A stretch of 63,308 bases of DNA, counting the filler, from Lenisia limosa (lineage: Eukaryota > Protista > Breviatea): NCBI GenBank assembly GCA_001655205.1. It is 13 parts of 13 records of this genome, joined end to end, with 100 filler letters (N's around TTAATTAATTAA, not from the genome) between each part and the next. Parts side by side here need not be neighbours in the genome. Positions count along the whole stretch, not along the records: positions 34,820 to 36,395 come from LPNZ01002294.1; positions 36,496 to 40,827 come from LPNZ01003097.1; positions 40,928 to 45,055 come from LPNZ01006208.1; positions 45,156 to 47,462 come from LPNZ01007627.1; positions 47,563 to 58,066 come from LPNZ01007922.1; 8 more parts are not named here. One strand, written 5' to 3'. The notes beneath the pieces were generated by a model. It was not told the origin of the DNA and did no database searches. It was given only the letters and a program-made list of their open reading frames with translations. Shown piece after piece: positions 35,165 through 47,599 of the stretch. The translations under genes were made by a program, and so were the position numbers. How positions within the stretch are numbered: position 1 is the first letter of the stretch; each line of letters begins with the position of its first letter.

Positions 35165-36395
35165 CATCACGTCTGCCAACAACCATCTCAGATCCCGAGA
35201 TTTCACAATGATCACAGCACCCGGGTAAACAGCCGATGTCGTCTAATTGGACCTGGGGGGTGAAATATGTGGAGTATAAGGGGTGGAAAATGGGTATGAA
35301 ACTGATCCAAAAAGTGATATGTTAACCGGTGATATGATCATATGACCGGTTTTCAAATCGAAAAGATGAATGAAGATAATTATCCCGAGTATCATTGCGA
35401 CTTGTTGGTCATTTATCACACGAATGGATATGAGGTGTCATATCACTGCGTGGAAAATGACAGTTCTCCACACGTTAAAAATGATCGAAAAACTATAATA
35501 TAATATCAAAATAAACCCTTTACCCACTCGACTGGGAGCGTTCGGATGAAGCACCTCAATCATGCTCGGGGACACGACGAAGAGGCTCGACCCGTTCTGG
35601 GCTGTTTGATAGAGGACCTTCGAAACTGATCGGTTCAATTCTTCATTTGGGTTTTCTTGGAAGGGCGGGAGTGTGATCTGAGGGGGATGTGAGTGAGCAA
35701 AAACGGATAATTTATGAAACAAAATAAAGTTCAAAATCAACCCTGATCGTTAAACTTTTAAGAAACACACAAGGACTGAAAAAAACAAAACAAAGCCCAG
35801 GCCAGTGGCTACAGCACCGCATCCCATCAAGGGGTCAGAAGAGCCCAAAATTAATCCCATTTACCTGACATGGGGGATAGAAGAAGAGTTTGGGGGGGCG
35901 GTCGCGGGTGAGGTCGCCTCTCACAACCACCACATCACCGTTCGGGAAGCCGACAGCAACCTAATATCGTAAACATGTACATAAATATGGACACTAAAAT
36001 TGAAATGGACACTAATATCGGAAAATTTCAATATATGCACATAGAGGGTGGGGCAACAGCAACCTAATATCGAAAAAATGGACCACTAATTTCGAAAAAA
36101 AGGTTTATTGCAGTAAAGTTTCTATTGAAACTAGGATCATAGAGCACCACCACATATCCCCAACATCGCACCTCAGTGTCATCATGATTAAAGACCACAT
36201 ACACTGACCGCGATAAGTCCCGACACGGATATTGAGCTTTATCTTTAGTAAATCATGCCAGGACTTATCGCGTCACTGTATCCCAACATCACACCTCAGT
36301 GCCATCATGGTTGAAGTCCACCGAACAAGGGATGCATCCGGCACTGCCCACGCGCACAGTGCGCAAACAACGGGGTGGTGTGCTGTTTGTGGCGT
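35165..36395 (-). CDS. VPS11: Vacuolar protein sorting 11 (HOPS/CORVET core), N-terminal beta-propeller fragment
   Basis: Exons CLRTVRV...DFNHDGTE|VAVGFPNGDVVVVRGDLTRDR and VQLDDIGC match the VPS11 pattern AIGF.DGSV.L.KGDITRDR...VELDTHGC. Confidence 0.75.
35300..35435 (+). repeat. Family D repeat
   Basis: tgatccaaaaagtgatatgttaacc...gatcatatgaccgg...atcccgagt...gaatggatatga. Confidence 0.65.
35678..35810 (-). repeat. Family B repeat ending at a VPS11 acceptor
   Basis: gggctttgttttg...tttcataaattatccg...catccccctcag|ITLPPFQ. Confidence 0.65.
36202..36278. mobile_element. MITE family C inside a VPS11 intron
   Basis: cactgaccgcgataagtcc...ggacttatcgcgtcactg|ta. Confidence 0.7.
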
Positions 36396-36599
36396 NNNNN
36401 NNNNNNNNNNNNNNNNNNNNNNNNNNNNNNNNNNNNNNNTTAATTAATTAANNNNNNNNNNNNNNNNNNNNNNNNNNNNNNNNNNNNNNNNNNNNGTTTT
36501 TGAACTAACAACACGTTATCAGTTGCAAAACCTCAATAACCAGTGGAATAAAATAACTCATAATCAACTGACTGAACACTAAAAGACACGCTAATTGTA

Positions 36600-39500
36600 G
36601 ATAAACGGCAAGGAGTGAAGCACTTGTCCCAGCCAACCTGGATAGTTTGGTGCGTGGCTACTGAGTTGCGCCTAGCTCTCATTTTCGGCATGGGCGGCGG
36701 AGCCTGGGGGAGTAAAAATAGAAAATATATGAAAAAAAAAAAAGGCACAAAATCAACTCTGTTGGCTAACAAAATACGAGGGTTGAAAACATCAAAAAAA
36801 AAAAAGCCGGGCCAATCGCGTGAATAAACCAGTGTTTATTGTATGATGACACAGCATTACTAAATAAGACGGTGCAAATAAAAAATAAAGCCACGATTTC
36901 TTGATAAAAACACCTGAACCTCAGTAAATCCAAGTATCTTTATAGGAGAAGCCCGGGTATAACCCCTCAGGTGCCAACATCTATCACTTGGGGAGGCTTG
37001 CCGGGTGACGATCTCGCTGATCTGGGAGTTGTTTTTGGAGTGGCGTGAGGGGAAGACTTCGCCGAACCAGGGCGGCGCGGTGTAGATTTGGGTGTGGATT
37101 TGGGAGTGGTTTTGGGCGTGGTTTTGGGGGAACCTCGCTGGGACGTGGCTGTGTTAAGCGCCTAAAAAATCAGAAATGACTAAACCAAGGCCATGTTTTA
37201 TCGGTCTGTTTAACGCATTGAAGGCTTAGAAGACCCGCCATACCAATCCGGCCACAGTCAGGTTGAGCACCGGCGGTTTNNNNNNNNNNNNNNNNNNNNN
37301 NNNNNNNNNNNNNNNNNNNNNNNNNNNNNNNNNNNNNNNNNNGCGCGGGGTGGTCTGAATGGTTAAGTATATAATATCGGTAGTTGCATTCTTGGGGTGG
37401 GGGGCATAACGATGGGAATTGCGATGTTGAGTATTATACGCATCAACTTAATCACAGGGCAAAAAGATGTCAGCCAACCTGGCGCGATCGAGGAGTGGCG
37501 GCCGGGCTTCGGGATGGCGAAGGAGCCAGAGAGCTGGGGCCGGAGAAGAGGGGACGAAGTTCAGTAGAACCGGATAATGACGGTCTTCTTTGGGGGGTTG
37601 TGAAACCTGGGGTTTCAGGAAAAAAAGCAATATAAATCTAAAATTTGTACTAATATTTCGGATTTTCCTGTTCTTGACATATCCTATATTCACCACTTTA
37701 TACACCCACCCGTCGAGCGCTTCTGCTCCGCCGCATCAGCGAGCCACTGTTTGGCGTCTACGCGACTTGGGGTGGCTGGGCGTTCGCTCTCCTTCCGAGG
37801 GCTTCGAGGGGGGGTGGGCGGCCGGGCTACGGGGACAGGGAAATTGTCGTCAAAGCCGCTGTCACTGTCCGTTAGTTCGGAGTCGGAATGCGGCACGTCT
37901 GCAAGGGCTTCTACGTCGTCATCAGGATAGACGTACGATGACTCGCTCTCGGGCCGGTCACTTTCGCTCGGATTTGGGGAAGACGTTGCACCCCAAGAGA
38001 GCTCTTCTGACATGGACTGGACTGGTTCATTCTGCTGGAGTTGCGCGGCCTAAATCAATAATGATATTTTAAACAAATTATCTGTAAACCCCATCTGATG
38101 AAAGCAAACCACTTACAATAATGTTACACTGTAAGACTTCAAAGTCGTACGGATCCTCATCCGAACTCTCCTCAACCTCGGCCGTCTCCCCGTCCTGCAC
38201 GTTGCCTTCTTTGTCGCACCATCTGATCTGCACCCCGATCTCCCCGGGTGTGCTGCCGGATGTCCATTTCAACTTCGAACCGGACCGCCTGCGAGTGCGT
38301 TTTGCCTCCTCCGGCCGCGGCGATCTCAGTAGCGACAAAGGACGCGGCGCACCTGACTGCTTCAAAACCCGTTCGGCCTCGGCCTTGCGTCGATGGCGTA
38401 TTTGGCGCTGGCGCTCCTCCTCGCTCTTCTCCTTCGCCTTCCGCAGCTCGGCAAGTTCGGTCGAGGACTTTGGCGAGAGCAACGGGGACCCCCGGGAGAT
38501 TTTGTTAACCCCTTCTTCGGAAAAGACTGTGCTGGACTTGGAGACTTTGGGGCTTCCCTTGGCTGTTTTTGGCGTGTTTTTAGGGCTCCTGGTTCTCGTC
38601 TGATCAGGGGACTGCTTTTTCTTCTGGAGAGGGGGTTCTTTCAATGACCGCTCGGGTGAGACCGTCTCGCTTTGTGCCATGAAGGGAGCGTTCTCCGGTT
38701 TCTGAGTTGTTTTACTGGGGGATTCAGGGGACGGGGTGGGAGGCTTGACCTTGGCGGATTCTTCAGCTTGCCGACTGTACGTTAATTTGGAGACCTGGTC
38801 GAAAACGGCTCTCTCCTTCAAAGGCGATTCCGGGTCCGACTCGGGTAACTCAGCAGTGACCCAAGGTTCCTCCCCGGGTTCTTCGAGTCCAGGCATCGGG
38901 AGCAGTTCGGAAGTGGAGAAGACGAGATCGTCCGCTGTCTCGCCGCAAATTGCCTTATACAATGCGTCAGCCCGGGCTGGTGCAGGAGACGTCGGCGTTT
39001 TCGCCTTCTTTTTCTTCCTCTTGGCCGACTGCGGGCGTTGGCGCGTGAATGTGGCGGCGGAAGGCTTCGGCGGCTGCACCTTGGACGGCACGGGCTTGAC
39101 TTTTGCCCGGGCCTTGGAATGGTCCTTTTTGGTCTCAGTGGGACCCGAGGATTTGGGAGGGGAATGGAGTGTAGGGGAAGACTGTTGATGGGAGGAAGGG
39201 TGGGCAGGACTCTCGTCAGAGACCTCCAATGAAGGTTGTGAGACACTGTGTATTGGGGGGGTTGAGGGCGATTCGCGTGTGGCGATCTTCTCCATCACAT
39301 TGTGGGCAAATGCAAAGCTATCTTGAGGTGCGATAGGCTGTGCGTTACCCTTGATTGTTAATATCCTTTTGTTATAATCGAAAAAAAAAATCTCAGAGAG
39401 TACAGATCCTATTCAGACACATGATATTCATAAGATTCCTTAGGTATGGCATTTAGGGGAATGATAGTAAACCACGCCAAGACCAACCTTCGGGAGACCA

Positions 39501-40827
39501 GGGTCATTGTCTTGGTTAAGCAGGTCAAGATCATCCAGATCAACTTGTTCAACTGGGGCTTCACGCGAAGGGTCCGAGAAAAGCAGGGATGGGGGGTTGG
39601 CAAGGGCATTCAGCGGTTCATTTGAGCGGTACGTGCTCTTGTAGGAATATCGTCTCGAATCTTGGGGGTCAGAAGAAGGAGATCTAAAGGTCCCTACCTG
39701 GGGTGGTTCTTTCCGCTTCTGCAGAATGCGGCTGCTTTTCAGGCGTCTCAGGTACCAAAGATGCTTCGAGCTCGTCCAAACGCGCACTTCTGGGTGAGTG
39801 TGGAGAAGCCAGAATGTATTGATAAAATCACTTTTCAATTTTCAATAAAAATCACCCTCAAAAATTATAAAACACAAAAACAATTCAGAATAAGTTGAGG
39901 GAGCTCACCTGCTGATTGGGGTCTCGTAATTGTCGAATTGAGGCAAAAGATCGAACCGATCAGCCGAATCATCATTCAGTGTACGCGGTGATGTGTCAGA
40001 AACAGGCTCGGAGGCGAGTTCCTCCGATGCCGGATTCAGCCTGTTAACAGCAACAGCCGTCCATGAGGCCTGGAGTTTGCTCTCCGGCGCGGACCAACCA
40101 ACCATCGGCACGTGTAGGGCTCTACTGCTGGTGGGTGTTGACACCTGCGGGGTTAACTTGTGTTTTGATTGCTTTGGTGACTAAAAGCAGCAAGAGACGA
40201 CCACTCGAGTAGCAAACCTTTCTCTTAATCTCAGTGGCTTCGATTGTGTCGTCAGATATGTAGTCGGGGTGCGGGATGGCTGACGTCACAATGGGACTCG
40301 GAACGGAGGCGTAGGGTGACTGAAGGGTTAAGAAGGCATGTGGGAAGAACATGATATTCTGAGGCAATTGACGGATTATATTATTGTTATATTCAAAACC
40401 AATTTGCGTCATAAATGACACCTTCACCTTCCATTTTGATTTCCCCCTTCCATTTTGTCCCTATTTCCCCCACCCGCAATCCACCCACCCGTTCTCTTGT
40501 TCGGTTCAAGAAGGCGTGCGAAGGGGAGGTTGGTGTGGGGCTGGTGAGGGAGAGGTAGTCGTCAGTGTCTTCATCTGAGCTACTGGAACTTGCGGCGTCG
40601 TATGCTGGAGGTGCGGTGCTAATCTGCCGACTATCTCCGAAGTACGCCCGGTCAAACGCCTCTTGACTGCCTGATGACGTGGTTGGCCTCTGCATGGTTG
40701 TGCGTGAATGCGGTCGTGTGGCGCATGCGGACATGCAGCGAATTGGAGACTGGGGTGGCGACTTCCAGGCCATACCCGGCATGGTCCTTGTCTGTCCTGC
40801 TGAGGCCGGCCTGGGCTGCGGAGTGGC
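36600..40827 (-). CDS. Ser/Pro/Lys-rich low-complexity protein, multi-exon (partial)
   Basis: A 1.2-kb open exon (38078-39298 ORF) plus in-phase exons such as ...SSPGKPPQ|APPPMPKM; no family recognised. Confidence 0.6.
36704..36812 (-). repeat. Family B repeat ending exactly at an acceptor
   Basis: gccaacagagttgattttgtgcc...tttttactcccccag|gct ccg ccg; the phase-0 junction PPQ|APPP fits the upstream donor at 36987. Confidence 0.75.
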
Positions 40828-42826
40828 NNNNNNNNNNNNNNNNNNNNNNNNNNNNNNNNNNNNNNNNNNNNTTAATTAATTAANNNNNNNNNNNNNNNNN
40901 NNNNNNNNNNNNNNNNNNNNNNNNNNNGTCTTTTTTTTTTTTTTTTACTAATCATTCGAATCAAATCGTTCTGTTGACTTACTACTACTCTATCCATTCA
41001 AAATCTTAATACTATTGGCGATTTGCTATATATTTTCAAACTTTCCATCATCAACACCATCATAAAGCAGTACAGCATCACCGAATGTGACAGGGTAAAT
41101 CACCACCTGCTTGTTGGCAGGTACTTCACTTTCAAGTTCAATTTAGAAAGAGATGCCGAAGACCAGAGATATGTTGTTGGACTACCACCGTTTATAATGG
41201 AACAGCAGGAGTTAGGCAAAGTTGACAGTATTGAGGAAATAGAAAACCCACACGAAACAGGGGGGGTGACCCCCATCTAATCTTTCTTGGACCAGTGTAA
41301 AAATGGCTTTATTTCGCTGATTGTTTGGTTCATTTTTATATTCTACTTAGCGAAATTTACTAAGTTATTCATTTTTATATACAACTACATAAAACGACAG
41401 GGAGGTGTTTTGAAAATTTTCCTTTGGAGTTTATGACCCAGTTTTCTTTGTTATTGGAGAATGAAAGGTAACGTGGATTCATCTAATTTCCCGTGTCATG
41501 AGTCTCATTACACTAGGTAAAGCTAAAATGAAGAAGAAGGGAAGAGAAGGCGTTCTTATTCTTGCAATAGTCATTGTTTAATTACTGTAAGCTGTTCCTT
41601 CTTGTAATATTTTCATTTTGTTGAAAACAGATAATGACACTTTCATAAAGCTTTCAATCATTAGAATCATATTTTGAAACAAATGAGATCATGTCTAATT
41701 GCCTCATTTGAATTTATCTTCTTGTTGTTGTTTCTTATCATGAGGGGTTGGTTTTCTCAAAATCTTTACCATGTGTATACGATGATATACATTATTATGT
41801 GTCCTCTTTTGAACATAGTTTAATTTGAAGAGATACGTCTGCTTATTGTGAGTGAGCCAAAGTTAGTCCACCTCCGCATACTACAGGAGAAGGAAATGAC
41901 GTCGGGTGTTCCATTGTTTTGAAAGCGGTAAGAAAAGTGATACGTTGGCACTTTTAAATCTTATATTTTTATTGATTTCCGCTGTAAAATAAAAGAGGTA
42001 GAAAACAGTAAATATAATTTTGAGAACATACCGTTTGTAATTTTTTGTTACTTACGCTTTCAAGCGGACTCCATGACCATTGAGGACATATGCAATTGAG
42101 AGAGCTTTTGTGTCTGCTTCTTTTCGGAGATTAATGGCATCTTTTATGATTCGATCAATTTCTGAAAGGGAATAAGTTCTTCGCTGCAGCAACGGGATAC
42201 ATTTCCAACAAATCATGGGTTCCAATCTTGTAAAACCATCTGGTACGTGCTTCGAGGTCGACCACAGCGTATATACTCCTACAAGACGACACACACTCCC
42301 ACACATTATTGTCAAGCCAGAGGAAAAGTGCATCCGATACCAGCTGAAGGATGCAGAAAGCTACAAAGAAGCATACTGTCTGCTTTTCGGCCAAGATGAA
42401 AACATCAACACAAGACGCCAACTGTTCCTCAATATAAGGGACCCCGAAAACTTGGAAAACGACGATGAAGGAAATGAAGATCAGTAAAGACAGGAAAAGA
42501 CCAGAATGAAGATTTTTAGTAAGTATGTACTATTAGGTTCAAAGCGACTTAGAACCTCTGCGGCTTGCTGTCCGAGGATGTCAACAGNNNNNNNNNNNNN
42601 NNNNNNNNNNNNNNNNNNNNNNNNNNNNNNNNNNNNNNNNNNNNNNNNNNNNNNNNNNNNNNNNNNNNNNNNNNNNNNNNNNNNNNNNNNNNNNNNNNNN
42701 NNNNNNNNNNNNNNNNNNNNNNNNNNNNNNNNNNNNNNNNNNNNNNNNNNNNNNNNNNNNNNNNNNNNNNNNNNNNNNNNNNNNNNNNNNNNNNNNNNNN
42801 NNNNNNNNNNNNNNNNNNNNNNNNNN

Positions 42827-45055
42827 AACCTACCTCCACCAGACATTCAGTTCTGGAAAGTATTGTGCGTGGTGATAACCCTTATAAAGCTGAGCTGAGA
42901 GAGATGGTAAGCATTGAGGATAATCTATAAATGGTATTTCCAATTTCCATAACACATTTCCTTTTAAAATGATCTATTCACACACTAGGCATTCAATACC
43001 GTCAAAGAATTTGCTGAAGTTGTTCCCAAGGCACCACCCAGCAAGGACTGGGCAAAACGTTGGATCCAGTCCCATAGCGACATCTTGAAAGTTGTGGTTG
43101 GTTGGGGGAAAAGGAACATTTGAATTGTAAGTTGTTTTATTTACAAAGTACCAATATTACTCTTTGTTAAACCTTGCCTTTTTCTTCAAATCTAATCACA
43201 ATAATAGACTCTCCCAATACCCTTGACGCTGCCCGTGATAAGACCTTGACTGAAGGAAGGCTCATGCAGCACGCCGCCGCGCTCGGGGCTGTTGTCGAGG
43301 AGCACCAATTCCATCCAGGCATGGTCTGGAACATGGATGAGTCCATGGTTGACGTCTCTGCCAATGTTAAGACCAAGGTCATCCAGCTGAAGGAGGCTAA
43401 GAAGACCTACGGCAAGACCCCCACTCCCCCAAGCCACATCACCTTCATTGGAACAATTGCGTTAGTGGGATCTAATACAGCTTCGGGTTGAAAAAAAAAA
43501 GAAAAAAAAAAGCTCATTTTCCCGACTCAGGGGGTGTTCCAAAAACAGGGGATTTGTCTTTTTTTCACCTTTTTGGTGTCTACACATCAGAAGATCACTA
43601 AAAAAAGAATGTGTCGCTATGCCATTACTTATCCCGGTCACTATATGATAGGTATGTAATATACACAAATATATATCATATGTATATGTATACAATATTA
43701 ATACACTGTATTATATCATATGTAGCTATGTACAGTATATCGATTCTGTTGAAAGATGCATGAACATACATGATATACGATATACTATTCTTGCAGCTGG
43801 AAGAAATAATGATTTGTGCTCTCAGAGGTAAGTGAGTAGTGTTTTTGTTGTCCTTTTCAATTGAGTAACTCATGTCTCTTTTCCTTGTCCTCTCCTCTCT
43901 TAGCAGTTTGATTGTACAGATTTTACTTTAATGTCTTTCACGGCAAATATTTGCTCTTATTCGTGACCACCCTATCCCATCTCTTCCGCGATCCCTGATA
44001 TTGATGTTCTTTAGGTGGTTCAGTCCTTTTTTTGATTTTGTATAAAAAAAATAAAAAAATTGCCAAAGAAATGACCCCTCAGGAAAATTCCGCAGGGTAG
44101 TTTTCCGGATCAAATAGCTGGAGTAAAATCTAATTTTTGACTCTAACCATTTTAGAATCGGCCCTCTTCAAGTCCCTCCTGTCTTCCTTGTTAATTAAAA
44201 GACTATCAAGGAGGAGGACAGCATTACGAGCAAAAGTCATCTATGCTCCAAATGGCTGGCAAGTAGGCGGGTTAACTTTTTTTTTGTATTGTTGAGTAAT
44301 AATCTCAAGATAATTTCACAAACAATGTTTTGTCGATAAATTTGTATAAAGGCTTCAATATACAGGGGGGGGGTTACTGACCCACAGTCTATAATCAGGA
44401 TTCGACATGAACACTTACCATCTACTCAGACGGTTGAATCTCTCACTATGGGGATTTGACACCTTTGTCCTTGCGGTTGAAGCCAACGCAAGAAGCTTGG
44501 CCTCTCTGCTGACGCTCCTGCTCTACTTTTCCTGGATGGACACCTCTCGATATGCCCCTTACCTCCTTGGTACTTCGTCTTCATCTCATCTTTGTTTACC
44601 TCCTCCCCTCCCACACCTCCCAAGCCACCCAACCCCTTGACCTCCGCATTTTTGGTGTTCTCAAGACCATCCTCCACTCCTCCCTCCGCACCAACCTTGT
44701 CAAGAAGGCCCCTGCTGATGTTTCCAACGCCGCCCACAACCGCTGCGTCGCCATCTCGGCATGCCTTGAGGCCTTCTATAGCGCCACTTCTCCCTAAAAG
44801 ATCAAGAGCGCGGCGGTCTGGTGGTTACTGTCGAAGGTGGGTTGGTTGTCAACCCCTCACGCCTTGCAGTTCACCTCCCCGGAACCACTCACTTCGAAAA
44901 CCCTGTCCTCCCTCCACCTAGAACAGCGTTCTATTCTTGTATTCTGAATACCCCAGAGCTGACTGCTCTATTTGAGACAGCTAAGGATGACACCCACCCT
45001 GAATTGGCTAAGGATGCCTGGGTTCAGGTAGCCGAATATCGGGATGAGCTGACGT
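42827..45055 (+). pseudogene. pogo/Tigger/Fot1-type DNA transposase (HTH-CENPB + DDE_1) with spliceosomal introns, decayed
   Basis: Spliced motifs PSKDWAKRWIQSH, VWNMDESMV, VPPVFLV, YAPNGWQ, LLFLDGH and LPSHTSQATQPLD..IFGVLK; in-frame TAA at 44196 and 44795 and several frameshifts in the DDE region. Confidence 0.8.
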
Positions 45056-46049
45056 NNNNNNNNNNNNNNNNNNNNNNNNNNNNNNNNNNNNNNNNNNNNT
45101 TAATTAATTAANNNNNNNNNNNNNNNNNNNNNNNNNNNNNNNNNNNNNNNNNNNNTTTGCCAGGCGTTTTTGAACGTTGACATTGGAATGTCAGGCTGGG
45201 TAGCACCTTCAGTTCTATAGTCAATAGGGGGAATATTTTGGCATATTTCGAAAAAATAGCCCTTTCCTGGTCAGTTAGACAATGCTCCATTTTATGGCTT
45301 TCCACCCACATTTTTGGACTCCGCAATGGCCTTGTCCTCCTCATAGCGCTCACATTGCCATCTCAAATACATCTCTTTTATACTATCTGGAACATCCTTC
45401 CATTCCTTGAACTTGCCACACGTTTGATCCAAGAGAGCCGTAGCTGGCATAAGGTTCACTAAGAAGTTAAGCAGCATAACTCATCAAAATTGACTCTATT
45501 CTCCAAACAGACCTCAGAAACGGTTTCAGCGAGCAATTTTGCGTTTCTAAAGGTGCTACTATAATTTTGCTAAAATTGCAACTATGATGGTAAATCGCCG
45601 TAAACTTTTGAAAAGGGGTTGTCAAAAAAAAAAAAGCCACAAAGCTTAATAGGTGACCAAAGTACAGTTCATTTTCAAAAGTTTCGAAATTAGATTGTTT
45701 TTTTAATATATTTTTTCCATCAAAAAAAAATTTTTTTGTCCCAAAAAAAAAACCAGAATTACCGAAAAAACCAGAATTTTGAACGGACGTATATAGTATA
45801 TCATATCATATAATATGTATATTACATACAGTATATGCTGGGGCGCAGAAATCATGTCCGAAATGCCGAATTCATGTCCGAAATTAAATTTNNNNNNNNN
45901 NGAAATTAGATTGTTTTTTTAATATTTTTTTTGTCCCAAAAAAAAAAAACCAGAATTACCGAAAAAACCAGAATTTTGAACGGACGTATATTATACATTA
46001 ATCAAGTCCCTATGATAGCTCCAATTTCAGTTTTATTTTCACTGTTTTT

Positions 46050-47425
46050 AGTCCGTTGCCCTATGGACTGTCACGGACAAGGTGTCTGCAATGTTACATC
46101 AGGCGTCTGGTGGGTCTGGGCTTTCTGCTAGAGGAAACTCACCGTTGAGAAGCATGAGTTCGTGATGTAATCCTCAAACCGCCCATCTTAATGCCTACCA
46201 CTCCTTGTTTTCATTGTTCCCTAGTGAATCATGCAACCCTGGTCATTTTGGTGCTGCCTGCACTCCCTGCCCCTGTACTCAGCAGATTTGCTTCGACGGT
46301 GTGGCCGGCAATGGCACGTGTATTTGCGATGTTACCGATCCTACTAATAACCAGGTAACCTTGTACTAAAATTACACTTTTTCGGTTGATCCCAATAACC
46401 CCCGCCACCCCTAGACACGTGACTTATGTGGAGTGTGCGAGGGGCTTAACTTCTGTTTTGACTGTGAGGGCACCCCGTGGGGGTCGGCGGTCAATGACTC
46501 ATGCGGCGTCTGTGCGGGTGATAACTCAACGTATGGGGGGGGGGGGGGNNNNNNNNNNNNNNNNNNNNNNNNNNNNNNNNNNNNNNNNNNNNNNNNNNNN
46601 NNNNNNNNNNNNNNNNNNNNNNNNNNNNNNNNNNNNNNNNNNNNNNNNNNNNTAGAAGCTAAGACCCCCCCACCCCCAGATGTCCTGGCGCTACATGTAG
46701 CAATAATACTGCATGCCTGTCCGGGTTCTGTCAACATGGCGTGTGCTGTGCCACAAACTGCACTGAACTCTGTCAAAGGTGGGATCAATGAGTAATGAGA
46801 GGGAATGTGTCACTGTTATAACAACAACTTCATGATAGTGGCCGTCTTCATATCCCGGAAATAAATAGTGTTCATGTCTTTTCGAATGTCCATACCGTAT
46901 GCATCGGTCAAACTATGTAACATTTTTCTTTTTACAAATACCTGAAAATATGATAAAAAAACGGATTGAAACCAGGATCTCGCAGAACCTGGGATGATCT
47001 TACTCCTTTTTATGAATCTAATTGGGGAAGCACACAATGCTGTGTCCACATTGTTGTATACTATACNNNNNNNNNNNNNNNNNNNNNNNNNNNNNNNNNN
47101 NNNNNNNNNNNNNNNNNNNNNNNNNNNNNNNNNNNNNNNNNNNNNNNNNNNNNNNNNNNNNNNNNNNNNNNNNNNNNNNNNNNNNNNNNNNNNNNNNNNN
47201 NNNNNNNNNNNNNNNNNNNNNNNNNNNNNNNNNNNNNNNNNNNNNNNNNNNNNNNNNNNNNNNNNNNNNNGATTTTCTCATTCCACTCATCAACGAAGGT
47301 GTGATGTACCCGGGTCCCTAGGAGCCTGCACCCTGGTACCCTTTGGTGAAGACCCATCAAATGACTGTCCCACGTGCAGCGCTTGTAACGGAAATGGAGT
47401 GGGCTGGGATAAGAAGGCATTTCGG
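46050..47425 (+). CDS. Cys-rich EGF-like, probably extracellular protein (partial)
   Basis: Exons CPMDCHGQGVCNVTSGVC, CNPGHFGAACTPCPC...CFDGVAGNGTCIC, DLCGVCEG..CFDCEGTPWGSAVNDSCGVCAGDNS, CLSGFCQHGVCCATNCTELCQ and GACTLVPFGEDPSNDCPTCSACNGNG. Confidence 0.7.
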
Positions 47426-47599
47426 TTAGTGAATTGGTTCTGTAACTCCCCCCCCCCCCCCCNNNNNNNNNNNNNNNNNNNNNNNNNNNNNNNNNNNNNN
47501 NNNNNNTTAATTAATTAANNNNNNNNNNNNNNNNNNNNNNNNNNNNNNNNNNNNNNNNNNNNTATGTATTGATACACAAAAAGACGAAGCCAACACCGT

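Noticed and set aside
42052-42487. Short ORFs near the transposase (IAYVLNGHG caspase-like His motif; plus-strand ORF 42215-42487)
   Set aside because: Too short, with no supporting Cys motif or splice structure; cannot be assigned.
44196-44797. TAA read as Gln (alternative genetic code)
   Set aside because: The in-frame TAAs are confined to a frameshifted transposase relic. Hsp70 and other genes end at TAA/TAG, and the long exons contain none.
45686-45995. Near-identical duplication of about 95 bp on either side of a short N gap
   Set aside because: Typical of overlapping contig ends or haplotype duplication at a scaffold gap.
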